NCBI GenBank assembly: GCA_013822395.1 | Contig: PNKK01000004.1 | Location: 33,966-97,965, forward strand | Direction of reading: 5' to 3' | Length of the DNA stretch: 64,000 nucleotides | Source: Anaerolinea sp. | GTDB taxonomy: Bacteria; Chloroflexota; Limnocylindria; Limnocylindrales; CSP1-4 | Shown here: one piece after another, positions 21,044-30,113 of the stretch | Layout of the letters: every line of letters starts with the position of its first letter | How positions within the stretch are numbered: the stretch's first letter is position 1 | Translations under genes and position numbers: made by a program | Notes under the pieces: generated by a model | The model's input: the letters and a program-made list of their open reading frames with translations, nothing else | Database searches by the model: none | Told to the model about the DNA's origin: nothing

Positions 21044-22755
21044 CGGGCCACCGCACGCAGCTCCGCGGTCGCCCGCTCGTCCACCAGGAACGTGACTGCG
21101 TCGACGGCGACACCGTAGTCCCGGGACGCGCTCTCGTGCGACACGAGGCCCTGGCGCACGTCCTCCGCCACCCGCGCGGGCTCACGCTCGAACGGGTCTC
21201 CCCAGCCGCCGCCGCCTCCGGTGAGGTTGAGAAGCGTGCCGCCGGCCTCGAAGGCAGTGTTGCTCACGCCGACCTCGCGCTCATCGCCAGTGCCGCGGTT
21301 GATGATGACGGTGTTCTTGACGCCGGCGCGGCCGCCGGCGATGGCCCACGGCGACGTCCGCGTCTTGTAGTTGATGACGATCGCGCTCGTCGGCGCGAGG
21401 AAGCGATACGCACGCACGACCCCGACGCCGCCGCGGTTCCTGCCAGGTCCGCCCGAGTCGGGCCGGTACCCGTACTCGTCGATCATCATCGGTGCCTTGT
21501 TCTCGAGCACCTCGATCGGGTTGTTGCGGCACCCCGGCTCCGTGACATGCATGATCCCGTCCTCGCCGTCAGCGCCGGCGTGAGCGCCGAACCCGACGGC
21601 GTCGTTCGTGGCCTCAAGCCATGCGGCCCCGTTGCGGGGGTTCACCCCGAGCGCCATCACGTCGCACACGTCACCGCCGGAGCACGCGGGCACCAGGTCG
21701 GGCAGTCCCTGTGCGAGGGCCCTGGTCACGACCTCCGGCGCGAGCAGGCCGGTCCAGAGCGTGAAGGTCGGCATCGGCGGCTCGGCGTGCATCAGCGATC
21801 CCGGCGTCGTCCGAACCTCGAGGTTGCGGAAGTTGCCCGCGCAGATGTAGCTGTCGGGGGTCGTGAGCGCCTTGAACGCGAGCCGGGAAGCAGCCAGGGT
21901 GAGGCCGACGGGGACGTTGATCGGGCCGTCAACGCCCTTGTCGACGGCCGTCCAGTCGATGACCATCCGGTCGCCCTCGACCGTGACAGTGGCGGTGAGC
22001 TTGACCAGGTCGTCCAGGTTCACGCCGTCGGTGTCGACGAAGTCCGAGGCGGTCCAGGTGCCCTTCGGCAGTCGGGCCACGGCGGCCCTCGAGAGGCGCT
22101 CGCCGTGGTTGTTGATCTCCTCCATCGCGGCGAGGAGCGTGTCGACGCCGTACTTCTCGGCGATCTCGATGAGGCGCACATCGCCCGTGTGCACCGCCGA
22201 GACCTGCGCCTGCAGGTCGCCGATCGTGCGCTCCGGGAAGCGGCTGTTGAATCGGATGATGTTTATGATGTCGGTGCGCTCTCGCCCACGCTCGTAGATG
22301 CGAACCGCTGGGAAGAAGATCCCTTCCTGGGACATGTCGGTCGAGTCGAGGACGTAGCCCGCGTTCTTCTGCTTCAGGTCCAGCAGGTGGACCCGACAGG
22401 ATGCGTAGCCGACCAGCCTGTCGGACGCAAAGATCGGGCAGAAGACCAGCACGTCGAGCGTGTGTGCAGCCGACCAGTACGGGTAGTTGAGCATGAACAC
22501 GTCGCCACTCGACATGTTCTCGACGCCGATGAACTCAACGCCCTTCTGAACGCCGAAGTCGTTGGCGCCCGAGAAGATCGCGATGCCGGGGGCCTCGGCG
22601 ATCGTGTTGCCATCCGGATCGTGGAGGCTGATCCCGTAGTCGTGGATCTCGTAGACGATCGTGTTGTAGGCGGTCCGGCACAGGTTGCGGGCCATTTCCT
22701 GCGCCGCCGACAGCATGCTGTGCCGGATCACCTCCGTCGTGATCGAGTCGATCAT
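21040..22755 (-). CDS. hydantoinase B / oxoprolinase family protein (HyuB-like)
   Basis: ORF 21040..22968(-) trimmed to ATG 22755. Sequence MIDSITTEVIRHSMLSAAQEMARNLCRTAYNTIVYEIHDYG...GGGGWGDP is typical of Hydantoinase_B. Confidence 0.85.
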   Translation of the reverse strand: MIDSITTEVIRHSMLSAAQEMARNLCRTAYNTIVYEIHDYGISLHDPDGNTIAEAPGIAIFSGANDFGVQKGVEFIGVENMSSGDVFMLNYPYWSAAHTLDVLVFCPIFASDRLVGYASCRVHLLDLKQKNAGYVLDSTDMSQEGIFFPAVRIYERGRERTDIINIIRFNSRFPERTIGDLQAQVSAVHTGDVRLIEIAEKYGVDTLLAAMEEINNHGERLSRAAVARLPKGTWTASDFVDTDGVNLDDLVKLTATVTVEGDRMVIDWTAVDKGVDGPINVPVGLTLAASRLAFKALTTPDSYICAGNFRNLEVRTTPGSLMHAEPPMPTFTLWTGLLAPEVVTRALAQGLPDLVPACSGGDVCDVMALGVNPRNGAAWLEATNDAVGFGAHAGADGEDGIMHVTEPGCRNNPIEVLENKAPMMIDEYGYRPDSGGPGRNRGGVGVVRAYRFLAPTSAIVINYKTRTSPWAIAGGRAGVKNTVIINRGTGDEREVGVSNTAFEAGGTLLNLTGGGGGWGDPFEREPARVAEDVRQGLVSHESASRDYGVAVDAVTFLVDERATAELRAVAR

Positions 22756-22756
22756 G

Positions 22757-24799
22757 TCAGTTCGCCTTCGCAACCCTGATGACGATCTCGCCGTAGGCTC
22801 CAATGGAGGCGGAGTCGCCCTCATGGAATACGGTCGTGCCGGTGTGCTCGCTGATGACGGCCGGCCCGGGAATCCGGTCGCCGTGCTGGAAGTCGTCACG
22901 GTGGTACACGCGGTACTCCGAGAGCGACCCGTCAACCTGGATGACCTGGCGCGTCGTGCGCGGTTCAACCGTCACGCCGTCGCGCCGCTCCTCCCTCGGG
23001 ACGTGTGGCCGTGCCTGGCGACCGACAGCGCTCAACCGGACGGCGACGACCTCGATCTGGTCGGGCATCGTGTGTCCGTAGGCGCGCTCGTGGGCGTCGG
23101 CGAACGACACCTTGAGTCGGTTGGCCTCCGCCGCGGAGAACGGGTCGACGATGGAGAGACGGACGCTGTGCTCCTGGCCGACGTAGCGCATGTCGATGGC
23201 CATCAGGTACTCACGTGCGGCGGGTTCGAACCCCTCCTCGGCCAGGGCCTGGTCGCCCTGAGCGCGCATGTTCGCGAAATGGGACTGGGCCGACACGATG
23301 TCGAGTTGGTCGAGGAGGCCGATCAGGGTGCGCGCGTAGTCGTGGCGCACGTCCGCCATGAGCATCCCGAACGCGCAGAACGCACCCGGGCCTGGCGGGA
23401 CGATGACGGTTTCGATCGAGAGTTCCCGGGCCACGTCGGCGGCCACGAGGCCACCACCGCCACCAAAGGCGAGCAGGGCGAATTCGGCCGGATTGCGGCC
23501 GAGCTCCACCGTAATCGCGCGGACGGCACCGACGATCTTGGTCGTCGAGATCCGCAGCACGCCGCGCGCCACGGACTCGACGGACATGCCGATGGCGTTC
23601 GCGGTGGCCTGCAGGGCGGCGGAAGCACAGTCGCGGTCGAGGGTCAGACTTCCCGCGAGCGCCATGTCGTTGCCGAGATACCCCACGTACAGGGCCGCGT
23701 CGGTGAAGGTGGCCTGCGTACCCCCGCGCCCGTAGCCGGCCGGGCCGGGCTCGGCGCCTGCGCTCGCGGGACCGACCTGGAGGTGGTTCCCCTCGTCGAT
23801 CCAGACGAGGGAGCCTCCGCCCGCGCCGATGGTGTGGATGTAGAGCGATGCGAGGTTGATCGGGAGCCCCTCGAACGAGGCGTCGTAGTAGGTCAGGGGC
23901 TCACCGTTGACAACCAGCGACGCGTCGAGGCTCGTGCCGCCCATGTCGATCGTGATCAGGTTGGGGTAGCCCGCCGCATGCGCGAACCACGCAGCCCCGA
24001 GGACGCCGCCCGCGGGCCCGGACAGGATGAGATTCACGGGCGCGTCCTTGGCGGTGGCGACGGTCATCGCGCCGCCACCGGAGCGTGTCGTGAGGAACTG
24101 GCCGCCGAAGCCGCGTTCCCCCATGGTGGCCTCGAGCTTGGAGAGGTACCGGCGGACGATCGGCTTGATGTAGGCGTCGAGCACGCCCGTACTCGTCCGC
24201 TCGTATTCGCGGAGTTCGCGCGAGAGGGCCGAGCTGACCGTCACCTCGACGTCGGGGGCGACTTCGCGCAGGATGGCGGCCATGCGCTCCTCGTGGGCCG
24301 GATTGACGTACGAGTGGAGGAATGAGACGGCGATCGCCTGGAGACCCAACTCCAACACCCGCACGGCCGCCAGTTGCGCGGACTCGTCGTCAAAGTCCAC
24401 GAGCACGTTGCCGGCGTAGTCGAGCCGCTCGGTCACCTCGAGGATGTGCTGGCGCTCGACCAGGCTGGCCGGCTTCCGGTACTTGAAGTCATACATCGGG
24501 ATCCGATCGGTCCGCCCGAGCAGGTAGACATCGCGGAAGCCCTTCGTGGTGATTATCCCGGTCTTCGCCCCGCGTCGGGTCAGCAGCGCGTTCAGTCCCA
24601 GCGTCGTGCCGTGGATGAACGTCTCGACCTCGGAGAGCGGCGTACCGCTGGCTTCAAAGCCGTTGAGGACGCCCCGCTGAGGATCGCTCGGCGTGGTGGG
24701 CACCTTGTCGAACCGGTGTCGCCGGGAGGCGCCCTCGAACGTCACGATGTCGGTGAAGGTGCCGCCGACATCGATCGCGATCCGGGTAGAGGCTGGCAT
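22757..24799 (-). CDS. hydantoinase A / oxoprolinase family protein (HyuA-like)
   Basis: ORF 22757..24799(-). N-terminus RIAIDVGGTFTDIV, then DMGGTSLD (actin-like ATPase fold of Hydantoinase_A). Confidence 0.9.
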   Translation of the reverse strand: MPASTRIAIDVGGTFTDIVTFEGASRRHRFDKVPTTPSDPQRGVLNGFEASGTPLSEVETFIHGTTLGLNALLTRRGAKTGIITTKGFRDVYLLGRTDRIPMYDFKYRKPASLVERQHILEVTERLDYAGNVLVDFDDESAQLAAVRVLELGLQAIAVSFLHSYVNPAHEERMAAILREVAPDVEVTVSSALSRELREYERTSTGVLDAYIKPIVRRYLSKLEATMGERGFGGQFLTTRSGGGAMTVATAKDAPVNLILSGPAGGVLGAAWFAHAAGYPNLITIDMGGTSLDASLVVNGEPLTYYDASFEGLPINLASLYIHTIGAGGGSLVWIDEGNHLQVGPASAGAEPGPAGYGRGGTQATFTDAALYVGYLGNDMALAGSLTLDRDCASAALQATANAIGMSVESVARGVLRISTTKIVGAVRAITVELGRNPAEFALLAFGGGGGLVAADVARELSIETVIVPPGPGAFCAFGMLMADVRHDYARTLIGLLDQLDIVSAQSHFANMRAQGDQALAEEGFEPAAREYLMAIDMRYVGQEHSVRLSIVDPFSAAEANRLKVSFADAHERAYGHTMPDQIEVVAVRLSAVGRQARPHVPREERRDGVTVEPRTTRQVIQVDGSLSEYRVYHRDDFQHGDRIPGPAVISEHTGTTVFHEGDSASIGAYGEIVIRVAKAN

Positions 24800-24847
24800 G
24801 TGTCGCCCTCAGGTGCGGGTGTGCTGGCCATACGGTGCTGGAGAAGC

Positions 24848-24874
24848 GCGAGTGATGTGTCACACATTACTCGC
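24848..24874. promoter_or_regulatory. 27-bp near-perfect palindrome, candidate operator upstream of the hyuA cluster
   Basis: GCGAGTGATGTGT-C-ACACATTACTCGC, with 12 of 13 arm positions complementary. It lies 49-75 bp upstream of ATG 24799 and directly downstream of a TTGACG -35-like hexamer (minus strand, 24882-24877). Its core GTGT-C-ACAC fits the generic GntR-type GT-N-AC pattern. Confidence 0.45.
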
Positions 24875-24949
24875 GTCGTCAACCCCTGGCGCGCAAGTGG
24901 GCCGGCCCGGTTCGCGTTGCCTGACGTCACTTCCTTTCGACGACAATCC

Positions 24950-25524
24950 GTCCCACGGCCGGCGCTTCGCGTGCGCGGACCCGGCCAGCTGGAACGCGCC
25001 CGACGCCGCGCTCAGCACATCGGATCCGCGCTACGGCAGGGTCGAAGTCCAGGCCTGGCACGGCCTGCACCCCAGGCTCGCAGGTCGGGGTCGCTGGACC
25101 GGCGCCGTCCCGCCGATCGTGCGTGGGACGGTCATCCGCGTCGCGGTCGAGCACCTGCCGAAACGGACTGCCCGGGCGAAGAAGACCCTCTGGCTGTGGT
25201 GGTCCGGGCACGGCACCCCCGACCTCGACGTCTGCTGGCGGGCCTACCTGCGGCGCTTCGACCTCGAGCACACCTTCCGCTTCGCCAAGGGCGCCCTGGG
25301 CTGGACGACGCCGGCCCTGCGCACCCCCGCGCCTGCCGTGGGAGCGCCCCTGTGACCCCGCCCGGCTCAGCCCGACCCGGGTTCGCCGCGGATTTCGTCG
25401 ACTTCGTGTCGTGCTCGGCACGCCGGCCAGGCCACCGAAATACCACACCGCCGGCCCCGGCCGCCCCAAGGGCACCCGCCGTCCCCCACGAGCCCGCTAT
25501 CCGGCGCTCAAGAAGGCCGCCTGA
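24950..25524 (+). pseudogene. internally deleted, 5'-truncated DDE transposase remnant
   Basis: One frame reads DPRYGRVEVQAWHGLHPRLAGRGRWTGAVPPIVRGTVIRVAVEHLPKRTARAKKTLWLWWSGHGTPDLDVCWRAYLRRFDLEHTFRFAKGALGWTTPALRTP. A second frame reads LSPTRVRRGFRRLRVVLGTPARPPKYHTAGPGRPKGTRRPPRARY. The pattern matches actinobacterial transposases with the RFD(L/I)EHTFRF motif, as recalled. Confidence 0.55.
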
Positions 25525-25542
25525 GGGGGTTCAATCGCAAGC

Positions 25543-25692
25543 TCAGTCGCGGAAGAGCGTCGTAGTGCCCGCCCAGGCGGTCATCAGCGCCCCGACCCCG
25601 GCCATGACCGCCAGGAAGCCCTCCCCGCCGCTCCAGGACGCGTAGGCCACGCCCCCGAACAGCAGCGCGAGGACGACCGCGACGGCCGCCAT
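25543..25692 (-). CDS. possible small two-TM membrane protein
   Basis: Last 49 aa of ORF 25543..26412(-): MAAVAVVLALLFGGVAYASWSGGEGFLAVMAGVGALMTAWAGTTTLFRD. The rest of that ORF is antisense noise over pbpA. Confidence 0.3.
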   Translation of the reverse strand: MAAVAVVLALLFGGVAYASWSGGEGFLAVMAGVGALMTAWAGTTTLFRD

Positions 25693-25769
25693 GCCGAGGC
25701 GTTCGATCAGCGGGCGCCTGATCCGAGGAGCAGGTGGCCGTGCGCCATCCTCGCTCCCCGGCTCCGGTC

Positions 25770-27293
25770 TCACCTCCCCGCCCAGGCCTTCCACGCCTTC
25801 AGGAGAGTGCCCGCGATCGGCGCGGCTCGTTCGGCGCCACGTCCACCCCGCTCGACCACGACCGCGATGACGATCTCCGGGTTCTCGGCCGGGGCGAAGC
25901 CGATGAACCATGAGTTCGGCGCGCCGGTCCCGCCGAGCTCCGCCGTCCCGGACTTGCCGGCGACCGTCATCCCCGACACCCGGGCGCCCGTCGTGTACGC
26001 GCGGCCGAGGTCGCCCTGGACGGCCTCCACCATCGCGGCCGCGATCTCGCCGGCGACGGCACTCGGCAGGACCCGGCGCCAGACCTCGGGCGCGACCGTC
26101 CTGGTGCCGGCCCGCCCGGTGAACGCCTGGACGAGGTGTGGCTGCATGAGGATCCCGCCGTTCGCGACGGTCGACGCCACGAGCGCCATCTGGAGCGGTG
26201 TGACGAGGGTCTCCGCCTGACCGTAGGCCGCGTTCGCGAGCTCCACCGCATCCTTGAACCCACCCGGGGCATCGCCACCGCCGCCCGTCACCTGCGAGAC
26301 CGCCGTCGGCAGGTCGAATGGGAGCGGCGCCCCGAATCCGAGCCGTCCGGCCCATTCGGCGAGGCGGTCGCCACCGGTCTCGAGGCCGGCGAGGGCGAAC
26401 CAGATGTTGCACGAGACCTCGGTGGCCTCGACGAAGTTGAGCGCCCGGGTCCCGGTCTTCGGATGGTTGCCGTCACGGATGCGGAAGCCCGAGACGAGGA
26501 GGCCGCCCCGTTCGGCTCCGGGCTGCTGCTTGAACGTCGTCTCCGGGTTCACCGCGCCGGACCCGAGGGCGGCGATCGCCGTCACGATCTTGAACACGGA
26601 GCCCGGCACGTACTGCCCCTGGGTGGCGCGCGGCAGGAACGGCTGCGATGGGTCCGCCCGCAGCGCCTGGAACGTCACCTTCGCGGTGGCAGGGTTGGCG
26701 ATCGCGGACGCGTCATAGACCGGGGTCGAGGCGAGGACGAGGACCTCGCCGGTCCGCGGGTCGAGCATGACGACCGCGCCGGAGTCCCCGCCGAGCGCCT
26801 TCACCGCCGCCCCCTGGAGCGTGGCCGAGAGCGTCGTCCGCATCGCCTGCGGGTCGGACGGGTTGGACCGGAGCTTCTTCAGGAGCTCCTGGACCGGGTC
26901 GGCGGAGGTGACGCCGGTCAGCTCCGCGTCGTAGGCCCGCTCGAGACCGGCCGTCCCATAGAGCCGCGAGGCGTAGCCCACGACCCCGGAGATCGAGCGC
27001 GAGAGGTACTTCCGGTACGGCTCGCCGTTCTCATCGTCCACGCTCCAGGCGAGGCGCTTGCCATCGCGGTCGGTGATCTCGCCGCGCACGACGTTCCGGC
27101 CGGCCGCCACGACGGCGGCGTCATCCGGCGCCGACGACAGCTCGGACGCCCGCCAGACCTGCCAGTACCCGGCGGCCGCCGCCAGCGCCCCGAAGGCGAT
27201 CGACATCGCGATCCCGATCCGCCCGAGCGTCGCGCCGATGCCCGGCCGTGGGGCGGGCCGGACGGCGTTGCCGGGCGCGGTCCCACCGAGCAT
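25770..27293 (-). CDS. pbpA: penicillin-binding protein 2 / PbpA-type transpeptidase
   Basis: ORF 25770..27293(-). N-terminal TM segment, transpeptidase motifs PGSVFK, SCN, KSGTA. ATGA overlap with the rodA stop. Confidence 0.85.
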   Translation of the reverse strand: MLGGTAPGNAVRPAPRPGIGATLGRIGIAMSIAFGALAAAAGYWQVWRASELSSAPDDAAVVAAGRNVVRGEITDRDGKRLAWSVDDENGEPYRKYLSRSISGVVGYASRLYGTAGLERAYDAELTGVTSADPVQELLKKLRSNPSDPQAMRTTLSATLQGAAVKALGGDSGAVVMLDPRTGEVLVLASTPVYDASAIANPATAKVTFQALRADPSQPFLPRATQGQYVPGSVFKIVTAIAALGSGAVNPETTFKQQPGAERGGLLVSGFRIRDGNHPKTGTRALNFVEATEVSCNIWFALAGLETGGDRLAEWAGRLGFGAPLPFDLPTAVSQVTGGGGDAPGGFKDAVELANAAYGQAETLVTPLQMALVASTVANGGILMQPHLVQAFTGRAGTRTVAPEVWRRVLPSAVAGEIAAAMVEAVQGDLGRAYTTGARVSGMTVAGKSGTAELGGTGAPNSWFIGFAPAENPEIVIAVVVERGGRGAERAAPIAGTLLKAWKAWAGR

Positions 27294-28708
27294 CAGGGCG
27301 CCCCCCGATCCATGAGGCGCCGCACACCACGGCTGGCCGTCGGGGGCGGTGGCGGCTCTGCGCCGCGGTCCGAGAGCGCGATGAGGAGGCCCACGACGAG
27401 ACCGTTCGTCAGGAGCGACGAGCCGCCGTAGCTGATGAACGGCAGGGTGATTCCGGTGAGCGGGATGAGCTTGAGATTCCCGGCCGCGATGATGAACGCC
27501 TGGACCCCGATGACCAGGCTGAGTCCGGCGGCCAGGATCGCCCGGAAGTCGTCCACCGCGGAGGCTGCGATCCGGAGGCCCCGCTCGATGACGACGAGAT
27601 ACAGGCCCAGGATCGCCAGGACCCCGATGAGCCCGAGCTCCTCGCCCAGCGCCGCGAACGGGAAGTCCGTGTGGAGCGCGGGGATCCCTCCCGGCGGCAG
27701 ACCGCCGACATCAGGCAGGCCGGCGCCCAACCCCGTGCCCAGGATGCCGCCGCGGGCGAAGGCATGGAGCGCCTGGACGACCTGGTAGCCGGCGCCGAGC
27801 GACGCGGCGAACGGGTCGATCCAGATGTCGATGCGGGTGCGGACGTGCGGGGCGACCTGGTAGAGGACCGCCCCGCCGGCCACGAACGCGACGAGCCCGA
27901 GGACAACGAAGGACAGGCGCGCCGTCGTGACATAGAGCAGGATCAGGAAGACCGCGAAGAGGAGGAGCGCGGCGCCGAGGTCGCGCTGGACGACGACGAT
28001 CGACAGGGCGATCGCCCACATCGCGACCATCGGGGCGAGGTACGGCAGCGGCGGGAGGCGGAACGGCCCCAGCCGCGTCGACTGCTCCACGAGGAGCGCC
28101 CGGTTCTCGGACAGGTATCCCGCGAGGAAGACAACGAGGATGACCTTCAGGAGCTCGGACGGCTGGCCGCTCAGCGGCCCGATCACGAGGGTCAGGCGCT
28201 GCCCGTTGATCTCGCGGCCGGCCACGAACGTCAGGAGGAGCAGCCCGACCCCGAACGCCGCCCAGGTGTACTTGTAGAGGCGGAGCCAGGCGTCGCTCCG
28301 GACCAGTGCCGCGATGGCGGTGATCACGGCGATCGATCCGATCAGCCAGACCAGCTGCGTCGTCCCGAGACCCAGTCCGCCGGCGAGGTCCTGCGGCAGG
28401 CGCTCCATGAGGAGGAGGCTGATCCCGCCGAGGAGCCCGACCGTCGGCAGCAGGATCTGATCGGTCCGGCGACCTGTCAGGACGAGGATGCCGTGGGCGG
28501 TCAGGAGGCCGCCGATGTAGATCGCGAGCGCAGTCCCGTTCGCAAGGGGTAGGCCGGGTCCGCCCGTCAGCGGCTCGCCAGCCACGTACCGCCTGGTGAG
28601 CGCCAGGGACGCGCTCCCCGCGACGAGCGCAAGTGAAGCGACGATGAGCAGGGCCAGCTCGCGCCGCCGGAGGCGTGGTCGGAGCCGCCACTCGGCGGTG
28701 AGCGTCAC
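27293..28708 (-). CDS. rodA: FtsW/RodA/SpoVE-family (SEDS) peptidoglycan polymerase
   Basis: ORF 27293..28708(-). Polytopic; motifs QPSELLK, TDFPFAALGEELG, PLTGITLPFISYGGSS. GTGA overlap with the fhaB-like stop. Confidence 0.85.
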   Translation of the reverse strand: MTLTAEWRLRPRLRRRELALLIVASLALVAGSASLALTRRYVAGEPLTGGPGLPLANGTALAIYIGGLLTAHGILVLTGRRTDQILLPTVGLLGGISLLLMERLPQDLAGGLGLGTTQLVWLIGSIAVITAIAALVRSDAWLRLYKYTWAAFGVGLLLLTFVAGREINGQRLTLVIGPLSGQPSELLKVILVVFLAGYLSENRALLVEQSTRLGPFRLPPLPYLAPMVAMWAIALSIVVVQRDLGAALLLFAVFLILLYVTTARLSFVVLGLVAFVAGGAVLYQVAPHVRTRIDIWIDPFAASLGAGYQVVQALHAFARGGILGTGLGAGLPDVGGLPPGGIPALHTDFPFAALGEELGLIGVLAILGLYLVVIERGLRIAASAVDDFRAILAAGLSLVIGVQAFIIAAGNLKLIPLTGITLPFISYGGSSLLTNGLVVGLLIALSDRGAEPPPPPTASRGVRRLMDRGAP

Positions 28709-29142
28709 CGGCGTGCCCGCTCCAACCGGAGTCGGACGTTTCCGAGCTGGAGCTCGTCTCCGAAGGCAACCGGCGCGATGCCGTCCACCGGGCTGCCGTT
28801 CACGAACGTCCCGTTCGTCGAGCCGAGGTCCTCGATATACCAGGCGCGGCCACGATACGTGAGAACGGCATGGTTCCCCGAGGCGAACTCGTCGTCGATG
28901 ACGATCGTGTTATTCACGTCCCGGCCGAGCGTCGTCACCGCGTCGAGCGAGAAGGCGTCACCGGGCGCGGGCTCCCCGCCCGGTGACGCCACGACGGCGA
29001 GCCGTCCGAGCTCCGCGCCGGGCTCGTGGGCCGCCGCCCGGAGGTCGCGCAGGAGAACGCGTACGACCGCCCAGAGGAAGGCGTACAGGAGAGCCAGGAA
29101 CAGGAGCCGGAGGATCCAGATCGAGAGAACCACGCCGTCCAT
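28705..29142 (-). CDS. membrane-anchored FHA-domain protein (FhaB/FipA-like)
   Basis: ORF 28705..29142(-). N-terminal TM helix, then FHA core TLGRDVNNTIVIDDEFASGNHAVL...YIEDLGSTNGTFVNG. Confidence 0.85.
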   Translation of the reverse strand: MDGVVLSIWILRLLFLALLYAFLWAVVRVLLRDLRAAAHEPGAELGRLAVVASPGGEPAPGDAFSLDAVTTLGRDVNNTIVIDDEFASGNHAVLTYRGRAWYIEDLGSTNGTFVNGSPVDGIAPVAFGDELQLGNVRLRLERARR

Positions 29143-29145
29143 CGA

Positions 29146-29943
29146 TCACCGCTCGCCGGGCGGCAGGTGAGATCCACGGGGGGGCCCCGAGCCATCCGAC
29201 AGCCCGTCGTCCACCGCCTCCACGACGAGCACCGAGTCGCCGATCCGGATCTCATCGCCGGCACCCACCGCGAGCTCGCGGACGGCCTGCCCGTTGACGC
29301 GGGTGCCGTTCGTGGAGTCGAGATCGGACAGGATCAGGAGCCCATCACGCGCGACCAGCCGCGCATGATGGCGCGACGCCCGGGCGTCCGCGAGCACCAG
29401 ACCGTTGGAATTCGCGCGCCCGATCGTCAAGCTCCCACGGTCCGCAACAATTCTTCGACTGGAACCATTTGGATCGGTCACGGCGAGCGTTGCCCGAGGA
29501 CCGCGAAGGGCCGGGGCCTTGAAGACGCGGGTCCGGTCCATCGCTGCCTCGAGCTCGTCGAGATCAAGCTCGGTCGAGCGATCGGAGAAGCGAGTCTCCA
29601 CCTGGACCTCGCCGGGGTGGCCGGCGGCATCGGCCATGACCGCCACCCACGGGCGGGCTCGGAGCGTGTAGCCGTGCCGGCGCGCGAACGCCAGCACTCC
29701 GGACGCGATCTCGACCGGAAGTCCGTCGGCGGGGGCAAGGCCGGCGAGGTCGATCGGGTGGAGGTGGACGGTGAACCGGTCCGGGACGACGGTGCGGCCC
29801 TCCTCCACCCGGCGCTCTCGCTCCATCGCCCGTTCCACACGCCGAAGGACCTGCACGGGATGCAGCCGAGCACGGAAGAGCCGAGCGCTCGGTCGCTCGA
29901 AGAGGCGCTCGAAGAAGCGCTCGACGGCCGATAACGGTCGCAT
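29146..29943 (-). CDS. FhaA-like protein (DUF3662 N-terminal domain plus C-terminal FHA domain)
   Basis: ORF 29146..30096(-) trimmed to ATG 29943. N-terminus MRPLSAVERFFERLFERPSARLF, C-terminal FHA core TIGRANSNGLVLADARASRHHARL...LSDLDSTNGTRVNG. Confidence 0.85.
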   Translation of the reverse strand: MRPLSAVERFFERLFERPSARLFRARLHPVQVLRRVERAMERERRVEEGRTVVPDRFTVHLHPIDLAGLAPADGLPVEIASGVLAFARRHGYTLRARPWVAVMADAAGHPGEVQVETRFSDRSTELDLDELEAAMDRTRVFKAPALRGPRATLAVTDPNGSSRRIVADRGSLTIGRANSNGLVLADARASRHHARLVARDGLLILSDLDSTNGTRVNGQAVRELAVGAGDEIRIGDSVLVVEAVDDGLSDGSGPPRGSHLPPGER

Positions 29944-30051
29944 CCGGGGGAGCCTACCAGAGGATCCCGCGAGCCCGTCGCGGTCCGTTGCAGTACGGCT
30001 GGCGGGGCCGTCCGGTACCTGCTGCCGAGGGGAAGGCCGATGGACGTGGGC

Positions 30052-30057
30052 TATACT
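30052..30057 (+). promoter_or_regulatory. candidate -10 hexamer TATACT for the zinc-ribbon repeat protein gene
   Basis: TATACT lies 57 nt upstream of ATG 30114, in the fhaA-divergent intergenic region. No convincing -35 was seen. Confidence 0.3.
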
Positions 30058-30113
30058 CACGACCCGCCGAAGCGGGCAGCTGTCCCGACCGGGCAACGAT
30101 CGTTCGGGGGCCC

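Noticed and set aside
25693-26412. Upstream 240 aa of ORF 25543-26412(-).
   Set aside because: It lies out of frame over the 3' half of pbpA on the same strand and is Arg/Gly/Pro-rich. Only the last 49 codons, a hydrophobic peptide downstream of the pbpA stop, are plausible.
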